NCBI GenBank assembly: GCA_002633005.1
Contig: NMRA01000261.1
Span: 445,721 to 509,720 of the forward strand
DNA from: Phoronis australis
Taxonomy: Eukaryota; Animalia; Phoronida
DNA length: 64,000 nt
Reading direction: 5' to 3'
Shown here piece after piece: positions 1 through 12,072 of this stretch; positions within the stretch are counted from its first letter, which is position 1, and each line of letters begins with the position of its first letter. The translations under genes and the position numbers were made by a program. Below the pieces are notes generated by a model. That model had not been told where the DNA came from and did no database searches. It saw nothing but the letters and a program-made list of their open reading frames with translations.

Positions 1-1194
1 GAAGGGACAGTACAAGTGCCTTACTGGGTTACCGATTTCGTTGCTGCCTGTCGATTTCTGAATTCAAACGTTGGCAATAATGTATGTTTGTGTATGATCT
101 TGAAGTAATAAAAAACGGCTAGTCAAATTTTGTTTTTCGCTTATTGCATCTCAGTCAAACTGGTTAGCAGATTTAACTAATGTCGCTGGCTGTTCTTTAC
201 TATTTCTTGCGTCAGCCCCCACGTAAGCGTGACTGTGTGAATTATCGTTTCCACATCCCCTTTTTAGCCATCCAGAATAATTTTGTTTATACATTGGCCA
301 TTTTCAGCCTGAACAAAAATTCTTACCATTCGAGTCTGAAATATCTACGACGTAGACTGCTTGACGATAGTGGGTAGGAGATTCACGCAGCTAGTTACAG
401 GGATGGGCTTAGGGAGCATCGAGCCGGGAAATATGGGAATAGACTTGACATCGCAGTTTTGGGGAACATTGGCAACGGAGGAATATCGTAAAGAACTGGG
501 TCTTTCGTAACAACAGCTTAAAAGTACATAGTCACGCCCGTTTTTGTTACTTCGTCGGACTGTCGCTATGTGTGACTGATTTGTAGTGGTGCACGTGCGC
601 AAGTTCCCACACTTTGTACTCTATGTTACCTTGACACCAACGTGTGATTGACAGGTGACTCACACGTAGGCCCTACGTGCGTGCTGAATACCGCCGCTAT
701 CTTTGGCCATAAAAAACGAGATGCGTATTGAAAGAGGCCTTTATATTACTTGACGGCATTTCCAAGTCACGATTGTCAGCCGAAAGTTAAGTTTTTCAAA
801 CTTTTATTACAACCAATTTTAAAACTGCTCACTGACTCAGAACTTGACAGCTACATATAGTACGAGACTGTAACCATAAATTTGATGTCTGACCTCTGCA
901 ACACGTGAAGCTTGCACGCGCGCACTTAAGCAGGGTCACATCTTGAAACAGTTAATTCTAGTGGAGGCTGCGTGGTCACTGGTCGTCTGTGCACCGCAGG
1001 ACGGCAGGGGCTACTACTCAGCAATTTTGTAAATTTAATAATGAATGACTAATCTGAGGGCAAGAGAACCTTTGTTGGGATCATCCGCTGTTATGACGTT
1101 TTCACAGTCATTTAGCGACGTGACGATAAAGCTCTTTGAAAAGAGCTACGTGTTCCGAGTATGATTGTCCTGTCGGGATTTAGATCGCCAGGTA

Positions 1195-1354
1195 AGATTA
1201 ACCGCCCAGGGCGGTTGTCTGTCGTAATAAGCGCCCATGTTCGGTTAACCGCCCATCCCCTACTTTAGGTGGATTTTCGAGTTAACCGCCCTCCCCCGAT
1301 TTTTTGGATTCGCCAATTTAACCGCCCAGGGCGTTAACCCGAACGATTACGGTA
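1195..1354. mobile_element. Right terminus of a non-autonomous Tc1/mariner/pogo-like DNA transposon
   Basis: Four TTAACCGCCC subterminal repeats (~1198, 1245, 1282, 1318) plus ATAAGCGCCC, ending in ...TTACGG|TA. The left end was not found in the window. Confidence 0.5.
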
Positions 1355-2677
1355 TATAACAATTCGGGACATCTTGTGTTATTCTTTACTATGCCACTGA
1401 CCAGTGCCCACTCATAGTGAAACCCTATGTGACAAACAGCTGTCCAGACTCCATTCATGTTTATGAGTTGGATGAAATCACCGGAACTCTCAATATTGTT
1501 GTTGTTTTGCACTCACAACCCACACATATTTCTATTCACTATATATATTGTAGCTCGAGTTAATAAACTTTGTGTGTCAGTAGAAACTCAACTACTGTGT
1601 TAGTTTTTATGCTGCTCACCATCGACTTGCTGTTGCTACCTTCAACCAAGAACCGGGTAACCCCAACTATCCTACCACGACCATCCCCACATTAGTGGAA
1701 TCCGTGTCTCCACATTGCTGACATCTCCAACAAAATGAGGTTGGCGTAATGAGGAAACTCCATAGGCGGAGGTGCCAAATCCAAAAACGCCACATAGTTG
1801 GCAACAATTGAAAATATCTGCCAAAACACCCTACAGATCACTTATGCATAATTTTCTTAGTCAAACTGAAAATTAGGATAAAATCATTTGCTTGATAATT
1901 ACCCTCTCAGGCCCAGTGTCTCACACCGGCTCTCTCTACCTTCGGGAACAGCAGATGATCAGGACCCGTTGTCTGTGCATGCATCATGAACGGGCCCCTT
2001 CAGGTTTTTTGCAAAACATTTCTGATTCCCGTTTGTTTAAAAAAATAATTGCAGGCGGTCTGGTACATGTTGCATCAGACGTGCTGAGGCCGCTCGTGTC
2101 TGAGTGTTTACTTCCTGTAGTATTTTGAATGCGTGCACAGATGTGTCGGTGACGACTTTGTGCTGACTTGGGATAATTACTAGTTCACCAAACAAGATCT
2201 GAGGCCGTAGTATTGAGCTACATGTCCCCATATTAATTGAGCACTATATTCCTTGCTGTGATAGGATTCTATTTCTGATGATAGCTTAAGTACAGGCATC
2301 TGATTGGAACTCATGTCACAAGCACTTTCGAATTTGCAATTTTAGGGTTTGCCAACCCCAAAAAAGTCACTGATGGTTTTGGTAAAGGAAACTTATCTTA
2401 ATAAAGAGTATTATGAGAGTAAAAGCTTAGGACTAATTCTATTATATTTTTTAACTAATTAAACAGGGCAAAATGAAGTTTTGGTGGTTGGAAATCTTTG
2501 CAGCAGCTAGTCCCATAATTGACCGACAGATGTCAGTTTGAGTGGTGGAAGGTTTTTGATCCCATTCCAAGTTTTATAAACATAAATACAAAAAAGTCAG
2601 GACACATATCTTTATGTCTTGAGACATGAAGCTGTTCCATGTCAGTTAACTTGCTCTGTTCATTTCTTTGTGCCCAG

Positions 2678-2738
2678 GGGATGGTGGTGACTCAACAGAG
2701 CCAAATTCAGGGAGTGACACAGAAGATGACATTAGAAA
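2678..2738 (+). CDS. XRCC1: XRCC1 internal exon (acidic linker, DGGDSTEPNSGSDTEDDIR)
   Basis: tgcccAG acceptor and AA|GTAAG donor. Resembles the vertebrate XRCC1 DSGDTEDELRR motif. Phase 2 joins exon 3511. Confidence 0.85.
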
Positions 2739-3510
2739 GTAAGAAACTGACGTTTGCTTATTCTGTGGTTTGTATATCAACTCCTATAATGTTGGAGTGA
2801 CTGGTAGAAATAGAAGTAATTACATTAATCTGCAGTATTGCCAATTTCTAAAGTTTGTTGTCACTGTCATATGTGTTTGCATCATGTTTTTATGTTGAGC
2901 AGCTGTGAAGCACTTTTGTGCTCCCTGAGACTGATATATACTTCATAATTCTGCACTTATATGATGTGGGCAATATGCAACACAATTGGCATTTAGCGAA
3001 ATACGGCAGCGCCCTCTTTGTTTCTGCAGTATTTACCTACAACTCTGTAGAACTGTTGTCCCACTGCTGCCGTGCTGTTGCATCAAAATTGACCATTTGT
3101 CATTTCAGTACCACTAAAGTTTCATTGCCTGTTGCAAATGAGTTATAACGCAAATATGATTTTGGGCACGGAGGTGTTAACTAGTCCAATGTTGTGGCTT
3201 AGAATTTTGGGAACACTTGTAAATCATGAGTGTGCACACACAATAGACCTTTTGGAATTGACATGCAAGGTCAATGAAAGCGATTTTTTGTGAACCCTGC
3301 TTTTAGTCATGCAAGCTGTCCCAGAGGGACTGTGCAAACAAACACAGCTTAACAAGGGTTTTATGGTCCTGACTGAGAAGATAATTGTCTTATTACCCCC
3401 TATGGATTCTGAATAGCTGAGTCCAGAATGTAAAATAATGAAAAGTTGATTGGGGTGCCTTAAGTCGTTGTCTTCTTTCCATGTAAATGGTTTATTATAT
3501 CTAATTTTAG

Positions 3511-3780
3511 TGTGCAAGAACAGGATAAAACAGGAGAGTCTAAGAATTTGGAAAGTGAACAAGGCAGGAACAGTAACAACCATGCTAGTGGAACGAAGGA
3601 TGGGGATGACGAGGACCCCTATGAGGTCTCAACAGATATTGATGATGACGAAGATGGAGACGAGAACCTGGAAATACCTCAGTTACCAGATATCTTCACT
3701 GGGAAGCATTTCTTATTGTATGGTGAATTTAGTGCCGAAGAAAGAAAGCAGGCTAAGCGTTACATCATTGCGTTTAACGG
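3511..3780 (+). CDS. XRCC1: XRCC1 exon: CK2-site linker (DEDPYEVSTD) and start of BRCT2 (LPDIFTGKHFLLYGEF...RYIIAFNG)
   Basis: ttttAG acceptor and GG|GTAAC donor. Matches human ELPDFFQGKHFFLYGEF...RYVTAFNG and EDPYAGSTDE. Confidence 0.95.
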
Positions 3781-5023
3781 GTAACTTTTATTGTGTTTGA
3801 AGGAGAGAAAGACTTAGTTTTCGGTGTTATCTTTTACTAAAAAATGAATCCTGGGTTATCTGGTTATCTTAGTGATATATTTCAGCTGTAATGTATGTTC
3901 CTATCACTCCCCTGCATACAGAAGTAGTTGACGGTGGTCCAGACGACTCGTCATTGAGCAAAGTGTCAACTCATAGGTGAACTCGGTGTTTTAGTTCATC
4001 TTTTTTGTTTGCTCAATGAAAGTGAAAGCAGAAGTAAGATGTGGGTAACTCATTTTTGGGCCAAGTGGTTCACTTTACTGTCGTTGGTCCAGCTGATTGT
4101 TGCCTGTTAAGGAGCACCATGAGTAGCGTGATTGAACTTGAAACAAGTCTAAAATAATTCAAGATTAGTATTTTTTAGCAAAAATGCATAAAAACAATGG
4201 CTTTTCCCGTTAGGTGTATCAAAGCTTTGCTCTATTTAACATATGCTGCTGCATGAATTTGATTGTGGTTTGTGTGTACACGCAGTTATCTAAGTTCCAA
4301 CATCGAGAAAGAAAGTTAATTAGAGAAACCAGGATTGTGGGTTTCTCTGTCTGCAGTCCTTGATTTTCTTGGGGAAATCTCTGTGTATGTCATCAACAGA
4401 GGGCAGTACTCAGTCATAATATTCACAAGAGCGCTTGATACTGCGATTTAAAATGCAAGTCTTGGACAATGAAGATCTAAAAAGTAGTATACCTGTTCTC
4501 TATGACAGTCTGCTTTTCTTTCACAGCTGAACACGCCTTTGACGACTCATTTTTTAAAGAAATTCCTGTTGATCACCTGCTTGTCAAATTGTTATTGATT
4601 CAACAGTCTCCCTAGACTTTTCATCTCCAGTGTTTTGCTTCAAATTCGAAACAAGTCTTATTTTGGATCAGAGTTTGAAATGTCACGCGAGGTTTGTATT
4701 TCAACCAAAACTGCTTAATTTCTGCTTTTTCATTGTGTTAGTACTTGCACCCTGTTTTTTCCTCAAGATTTAGTTCACTGTAAAAGAGTGAACCTGCCTC
4801 CTAGACACAGTGATCACTTCTAATCTGGTTGTAAATCAGTTTTTGGACTGAAGGTGGTGCTAGTGATTGTCAGTGTTATTTCATGGTTTTAAGATTGAAA
4901 TATGTAGAGTTAAATAAAGAAATGGTTAGGTGAGTGGTGTCAGCTTTGCGTTTATTCCAAACAAGATTATAGGCTTGTTTTGAATAGTTTAACTGGTGAA
5001 AAGTGCAAGTTTTGACATTTCAG

Positions 5024-5099
5024 TATCCTAGAGGAGTATATGGGTGACAAGGTCAACTACGTGGTTACCTCTGTTGACTGGGATGAACAGTTTGACCAG
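5024..5099 (+). CDS. XRCC1: XRCC1 BRCT2 exon (ILEEYMGDKVNYVVTSVDWDEQFDQ)
   Basis: tttcAG acceptor and CAG|GTTTG donor, phase-compatible. Matches human ELEDYMSDRVQFVITAQEWDPSFEE. Confidence 0.93.
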
Positions 5100-5170
5100 G
5101 TTTGTTGTTTTTTCAGTATCCTCTGTTACGGTGATGTTGTGTTAGATGGGGGGGTGAAGGGGGTGTGGGG

Positions 5171-5180
5171 NNNNNNNNNN
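5171..5180. other. Assembly gap (10 N)
   Basis: Run of n after a G-rich tract. Confidence 1.
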
Positions 5181-5247
5181 AATGAGTCCTCCTGATGAGC
5201 ATTTAATTTGCAAGTTGTTGCTGTTGTGTTTAATGATATCATGGTTG

Positions 5248-6726
5248 TTTTTATGCGCCCACATATTTATATTTGGACGCATTATGCCGTCATCTCCGTC
5301 TGTCCGTCCGGGCGGCGTCCGGCGTCCGCTGCTTTATCTCCAAAACCCTTTGACATACGTTCATGAAATTTGGCACATATGTTCCATTCATGAATGGGAC
5401 GGCATATGCGAACTTTCGGACGGATCCGACTATCGGTGTGTCCCCTAGTGGCAATTTTAGTTTTTTACGCTTACCTTTGTATCTTCAAAATTCCTGAACG
5501 GATTTTCATGAAATTTGGTATGTAGGCACCTATTAGTGAGATGACGCTATCCTGCCGTTTACAGATGGATTCGACATAGTTTGCGCCACCTAGTGGCCGT
5601 TTTTAGTGTTTTCGAGTTTAGTGCGTCCACCCCTCTATCAACCAAACCACTCAAAGGATGATTGTGAAAATTGGCATGTATATGTTTACTATGTAGAGGA
5701 CGGTTGACGATGATTTTCCGACAATTTCGACCACTGTGGCGCCTCCTAGTGGCAGTTTTGTTTTTTTTTGCACCTATGACTGTATCTCCTAAACCGTTCG
5801 CAGGATCGTTAGGAAATTGTGTAAGTATATTTATATGATGTTAGCAACAGATGATGACGACTTTTGGACGGATCCGCCTACCAGTGTGCCCCCTAGTGGC
5901 AATTATATTTTTTTACGTTTACCTCTGTATCTTCACAAGTCCTTAACGGATTTTCATGAAATTTGGTATGTAGGCACCTATTAGTGCGATGACGCTATCC
6001 TCCCGTGTTCGAATGGATTCGACCTTGTTTGTGACACCCAGTGGCCATTTTTACTGTTTTTGAGTCTGTTTTTTGGCGTCCACCCCTCTATCAACCAAAC
6101 CGCTATAAGTATGATTGTGAAAATTGGCATGTACGGTTGACGCTGAATTTCCCATGAGTTTGATTACTGTGGCGCCTCCTAGTGGCAGTTTTTTTTTGCG
6201 CCTATGGCTGTATCTCCCAAACCATTTGCAGGATCTTTACTAAATTTAGCAAGTGTATTTATGTGATGTTGACAACTTACGATGACGACTTTAGGATGAT
6301 TCTGACTACCGGTATGCCTCTAGTGGCAATTTTAGTATTTTACATTGACCTCTGTATTTTCATAGGTCTTCAGTTGTATACTTTGTGTTACTTCGTGACT
6401 ATGAAGGAAAAGTTCCAAGTAGAAATTTGTTTCTGGCATTCTAATGCTGTGCTAATCTCGTATGTTGGTAAATTTGTTTTTAATTCTATGTTTCTGTGGT
6501 GCTTTAAGCAACTGATGTATAGGATGTGCTTGTATTATGAAGATCACTCACATTTTGCCCCTAGCCTATTGAGGAGACAATGACCATGCTTTTCCATTTT
6601 GCAAAGTACAACATACTACATAAATGCCCTCTACTGGCCACTTTATGGTACCAATAAACAACCCTAGAAGGATACCGTATGCGGTGCAATTGTGGGTGCA
6701 TTTCAACGCTCTGCGTTGCTCTTGTT
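5248..6726 (+). mobile_element. Helentron-associated (HINE/DINE-1-like) element in the last XRCC1 intron
   Basis: 5' TTTTATGCGCCCAC with a nearby short inverted copy; CCGTCTGTCCGTCC tract; internal ~445-bp tandem units built of ~145-bp subunits; 3' GTGGGTGCAT sub-TIR, CAACGC-tct-GCGTTG hairpin and CTCTTGTT end in T-rich flanks. Confidence 0.7.
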
Positions 6727-6862
6727 GGTGTTGATTTGGTGCCGTTGATGTTTTGTTTGTTGTTGTTGATATGGTGATTATTAATGTTTGGTTGTTGGTG
6801 TTGTGTTTGTTGTAGCAATTGTTTTTGTTGTTATTGTGTTAGTAGTTTTTGTTAGTGTTGTA
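6727..6862. repeat. Degenerate (TTG)n low-complexity tract
   Basis: gttgttgtt/ggtgttg iterations. Confidence 0.8.
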
Positions 6863-6937
6863 CTATGCATCTTCAAAGCATGTTTTTCTGTTAAATAGTT
6901 CACTTCTTCATTGAACCTCATGTCCTTATTACTGCAG

Positions 6938-7048
6938 GCTCTGTCTGACAACAGTGAACTGATATTTGTCCGTCCTTTGTGGCTGATAGACTGCTGCCAA
7001 CAAAATCGTCTACTACCTTATCAGCGCTACCTGGTGGTGCCCAAGTGA
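6938..7048 (+). CDS. XRCC1: XRCC1 terminal coding exon (ALSDNSELIFVRPLWLIDCCQQNRLLPYQRYLVVPK*)
   Basis: ctgcAG acceptor, phase 0, TGA at 7046-7048. Matches human ALMDNPSLAFVRPRWIYSCNEKQKLLPHQLYGVVPQA. Confidence 0.95.
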   Translation, partial: ALSDNSELIFVRPLWLIDCCQQNRLLPYQRYLVVPK

Positions 7049-7342
7049 CTTCTACATTACCAATGTCATCTTGCTAAACCATGCCCTGCAGAGCTCCAAG
7101 TCTTAGAACTGTACAGCTGCACACGTCATGTATGTGATTGGATGAGGTCAACCGTGGTAGTTCATTGGATGCGGCTAATACCAACATGTCAATTTGTTGA
7201 GTACACTTAGTGAACATGGTGTAGTGTGTGGTCAGGTGAACACCAGGTGTTCTGTTGCTAATACTGTTGTAGTAAATGAACTACTCAATCATGTATCTGC
7301 CATCGGATTTTGTTAGCCTTTTTCATCATGATGTATATTAAT

Positions 7343-7348
7343 AATAAA
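7343..7348 (+). terminator. Candidate XRCC1 polyadenylation signal AATAAA (alternative at 7649-7654)
   Basis: First AATAAA, about 300 nt after the stop. Confidence 0.5.
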
Positions 7349-7624
7349 TGATAACTCTACTACTGAATTCCTCATTAATTCTACTGATAGCATCTGGTAT
7401 ACGAGGACAGGTTACTAAGTTTACCTACAAAGTTTACTATAGTACTGGTCAGGTTACCTGTTGTTGAAACTAACTGGTTGTTATTCAAAGGACCAAGTTG
7501 CCATTCCAGTAACTAGAGTTCCATGCTCAGAAGTAAGTGAGGTGAGTACTTTTTGGGAACTAAAATTCAGATGAGACTAGTGTTCACAGGTACTTACAAG
7601 GAAGTATTGGTTGTTTGAATTAGA

Positions 7625-7790
7625 TGTAATAATACCAATAACAGTAGCAATAAACTTTATTTATAGAAGATTAAATTCAATACAATTTAAAACATGCATT
7701 AGCCAAAGGCTAATATACGGCATAATCTTCTTACAGCAACAAATTGAATTAAATAATCTTAAATTAATAGTACAATGAATTCTCGAGAGC
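7625..7790 (-). mobile_element. Possible 3' end of a CR1/L2-type LINE
   Basis: On the minus strand: ATTAGCC-ttt-GGCTAAT hairpin, then AATAAA, then an (ATT)-like tail. Confidence 0.3.
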
Positions 7791-10700
7791 ACAAATGACT
7801 GGGAGGAAGGGAGAGACAAGTAAGAGATGAATTAGTGCCTAACGTCATCCGCCCGTGACAAGCACGGAGGGTATTTTATGTGAAAAAATAAATGGTAAAC
7901 ATTTATACACAGAACTATGTGAAACGTGGGCATTGCTGTGAATAAACAGGAAACTGCTTTTCCGGTACTAGAATTACAGTGGATGAATTGTTCAGTACTG
8001 GTTTGAAATAATTAGCTTTTGTACTGCATTAGAAAATTGGCCCGTTTCACGGCACCTCAGTAGTGCTTCGCCAATAAATTTTTACAAGAAGTCTGTTTTA
8101 ATTATCAGGAAGTCTGATCTAACGTCCTATTGTGTGGCGGCGTAGACTAATTACAGCATTACCAGTGACTCCACGGCAATAAAACACTGCTGATTAACAT
8201 AAACAGAAATATCGTGGGGCAACTCTTGCGATTTTTCAAACCGTTCATCACTTCCGGAATTGAATGAAGTTTAGGATTATTTTACCTGTAAAAGTAGATA
8301 AAAGTTAATCAAAATGGTTGCGTCAGGTTTCGGTATTCTGTTAAGCGATGATGAATGTTTTCAGTATTGAGTAAGTCTTCGAACCGTTGTACGTAAGTGG
8401 CCTGCGAGCCCTGATGCCGTAGAAGAGACTGTATTCACTGGAAACACTTAAAAGGATACTAAACCCTGTTTTGTTGATTTTAACCAATCTTCGTTGTCAT
8501 CTACTAATGATCATTGGCACCAATCTTGAAAGATAAAAGCAGGAATCAACAAAAAACTCATGCTTCCTATGTAACAGATTGGGAATTATGGTTCTTGATG
8601 ATTGGTCTTTCTTCACAGTTACCTTGTCATTCGCTAAAAGCGTAGGTCGCGCTTGCCCGTTTTGCGGACTTCGAAAGGAGTTTTCAAATTTTCCTCCAAA
8701 CTTTTGGAGATTGTCGAAGGTTATAAGGCATTATTTTCTAATCATTGAATTGGATGGGAATGTCGTTTTTTAATAGGTGTTAATAGGAGAAAACCGGTTT
8801 GGTATCATTTTTATGGACAAAATTAATATCTGGATTTAGCCTTGATTCAGAAACCGATGTCGTTGGAAGACGAAATCAAATGGCAGGCTTTTGTAATGAT
8901 AGTTGGATCTCTGTGCCTGTATATGTAGTACGCTTTCATACATTGCATGACGTTCTTCTCGAGACACTCCGATTTCACGCTCTATGCGACCGGCTATTTT
9001 ATCACAAAGACAAAATCACGTGTGCTGACTGCTCACGGTGAGTGAAAACGCACCCGCGAGGATTTCCGATAAAGCATTACACAAACCAGGTTAGTGCCAG
9101 TGTTTATGAGTATTGTGTGTGCTAGTACGTAAACAAGACACACGAACTTTTCATAATGGAACCAAAAGCCAATACGTCACTGCACTACCCGTAGTTGCAC
9201 AAACTACAATTTCGTACGCTGGCTATGGAGGCCACAAGATTTGCTCTAAATGCACCCCATCGTGAATCCAAACGGACAAAATCTCATCAATGTAGCGAGT
9301 CGAGGACAAGAATGAGCGTGCGTACATATTTGGACGATTCATCAAAAGAGGGCGTTTGCTTACATAGTCCTACTACGCCTCCTGACTATGGCCACGCTTA
9401 ACACTCTTCCTCTGAACATATTATATACCAGTCGCTGGCATAGCTGTCTGCTCTGGAAGAGTATTACATATGGCGTTGTTGAGATGTATAACACCAGCCT
9501 TGAGTGTCATGTCTTCATGGTTGGAGATAATCGACTGCCGATTCTGGGGTGCCATGGTACCCATATAATGAGGCTGGTTACATTCTCGCTGTTAAAGCTA
9601 AAATGATTCGGATTCATTTGACTGTCGTGTTCGACGACACGCAAGGAACTATATTGACGGTGACGTCCTGTAGGCCCACTGTTCGCACTCGTGAAGCTAC
9701 CGCTGGTTCTCAAGGAACTTATTTGGTAACTGAGTCATGTTGTCGCCATAGAAAACTCCAGTCAGTTCACTGGATATACGAAACCATCCCAATGACTAAA
9801 TCTGCCTTTGCACAAACTGAAGAATAAGTCACCTTGACGCAGCTACCACCACACGCCCAGCTTTAATGACTTCCCTCTCGACTGGTGAAAGTAAAGTTCT
9901 TCACCGTGGATGGTGCTAATAACTGGCACTCAAGCTCAAAAGATTCTAGTCTTCTCAGCTCCTTGCGGCACCGTTGAGACGTTATGAATGGCTCGTCGTA
10001 CTATTTGGTCCAATCAACCATGGTGAAGGTTGACGACGGTCTAAGCTGTAAATGAAGACACCCTTACTTGGGGTACGACGGAATCCGAACAAGACGCCAA
10101 TGTCGCAGCAAGGGATGAAACTCTATCGGAAGAAGCTGAAATCAGGCCTAAGCAATGTCAATTACACAGGTCATCTGCTAACAAGTATGGGATTATGTGG
10201 AGATCTCCCCAAGATCGATGTTATTCAAAAGACGCAACGCTATCTTACGAGTGACGTTCATATGCAGCTCCTTTAGGCAATATGCTGTTACCTACAATCA
10301 TTTGCTCTTAATTTCTTCAGCGAACCCACTTTCCTCAGGGAGCTCTTTGAATTCTTTTGTCTGTGATAAGTAGTGCACAATAGTAGCTCATCACAATTGG
10401 TGTTACAATACTTTCTTCCCTTCCTTTCGAAAACTTTGTTACATGTCGCAAGCAAGCCTTTGTGACGTTCTTATAGAAGAAGGGCAGCCTCTCACCTTGG
10501 GATTAAGAACAGGACATTCTGTGTCGTGTAAGGGAAATAATTTACTGGCCTATCATGGAACCGGATATTGTGAACTACATATCACATTGTGGAGTACGGA
10601 ACGTTTCAGGCAGCCTAGCAGAAGGAGCCAATGACAGGGAAGTGGTCCGCACGTGGCTACAGATTGATGAGGATGTCAGTTTGTTTGATTGGGGTTATCG

Positions 10701-11634
10701 CCATCGATGCACTTCGCCGAATGCTTTGAATTCGGCCATTTGAATGTGAACAGAAAAGCTCAAGGCTTAGGACATTCTACGAATTCGAACTCACATCTTC
10801 CGTACCACGGTAAGTGTTATGCAAGAGCAAGGTTGAAAGCGACGTCAAAAATCCTCGTCCGATCATGAAAAAGGCGCTGATGTGCAATTTTTCTGCCAGC
10901 TAATGCAACACACCGACCGAAAGAATTGATCTTCCCCAGCCCAGCGGATGTTCAGCTGGCGAACTTGGAGCCGCACACTAGGCCATAGTCCATTCAACTC
11001 TAGGAAGCCTAGAAAACCACTTCCGTGGCTACTTTTTGGGGGCAAGATAATTTTGTTGTTTTTAAGGTCATTAAGTACTATCTAAAAAGTTCCCAAGGTT
11101 TGACTTGCACGTTTTCGAGAAATTGGACCTCAAAAATCAGACTTTTTGCAAAATTTGTGACAGAAAACCAATATTCAAAAACCAGCAACACTAGACCATA
11201 CTGAATGATAATTTGATTGGGTTTTGTTCATGTGAAGTTACTGGATAAGAAAAGTGATGAATATTATGACATTTGGTGGAAAATGACAAATAGAAGCATA
11301 GTACTATATTTTGAGGTACTACCAGAAGAACAATACTAGTGTTAACCATTTGGAACTTGATAAAGATTTGATATCACAACCTACATATGAACAACATACA
11401 TTTCCAACGTTTCTGCAATGAATTCACTGCCGTCACAATTAATTATCATTATCCACATTGCAGTTGATAGTCAACTGCAGGCTGGAACATACGCCATTCA
11501 GTCTGACATCCACGAACATGATAAAATGTAAAAACTTTCCATTAGCCTACAAATTTAAAGTTTTTTTAACACCATAGCACACACTTTTCACGTTTGTTCA
11601 TCAACTCCATTGTTTATACTTATCATTATTGTCC

Positions 11635-12072
11635 TTAAAAGTTGTTTCTTGAGACACCATGTTCACAGTCTCGACAGTCACACAACTTTGAACATGGCAT
11701 GCCCGACTTCAAACAAGAGCACACTTTTGTACTACAAACACTCCTTTTATATTTGCAATTAACATTTTTCATGACATTTTTTGGGGCTAAAGTCAGAGTC
11801 ATCCAGTCGAAATTCAGACTACACTACTTCAAAAGTCACTCGTTACCAACTGGAGATGGTGCACTGACATGCTGTTGCAAGGCTCATTTGTGACTGGCAT
11901 GCTGGTAGTTTGCTTTTTTGGCATGTAACAGCAAACAATCATGATTAGGAGGCAGAGATGATTCCATCACAGATTTCAACCTGGATATGAGATAACGTGC
12001 TTTGTTAACTGTTAATGAGGAGCTTGCATACAAACTGTTCATTGTCTTCCATGAGTTGACCAGGAAATGCAA
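11635..12072 (-). pseudogene. Decayed C-terminus of an AcademX-like transposase (post-XPG region and Cys8/CXC-like finger)
   Basis: Single-frame translation with in-frame stops: VNKARY...SSLPPNHDCLLLHAKKANYQ...PSPVG...DWMTLTLAPKNV...NCKYKRSVCSTKVCSCLKSGMPCSKLCDCRDCE. The LPP..L..H.K.ANYQ..PSP..W plus Cys cluster is typical of this family. Confidence 0.7.

Noticed and set aside
1892-2128. ORF or possible extra XRCC1 exon
   Set aside because: No similarity to XRCC1 in any frame and a weak donor.
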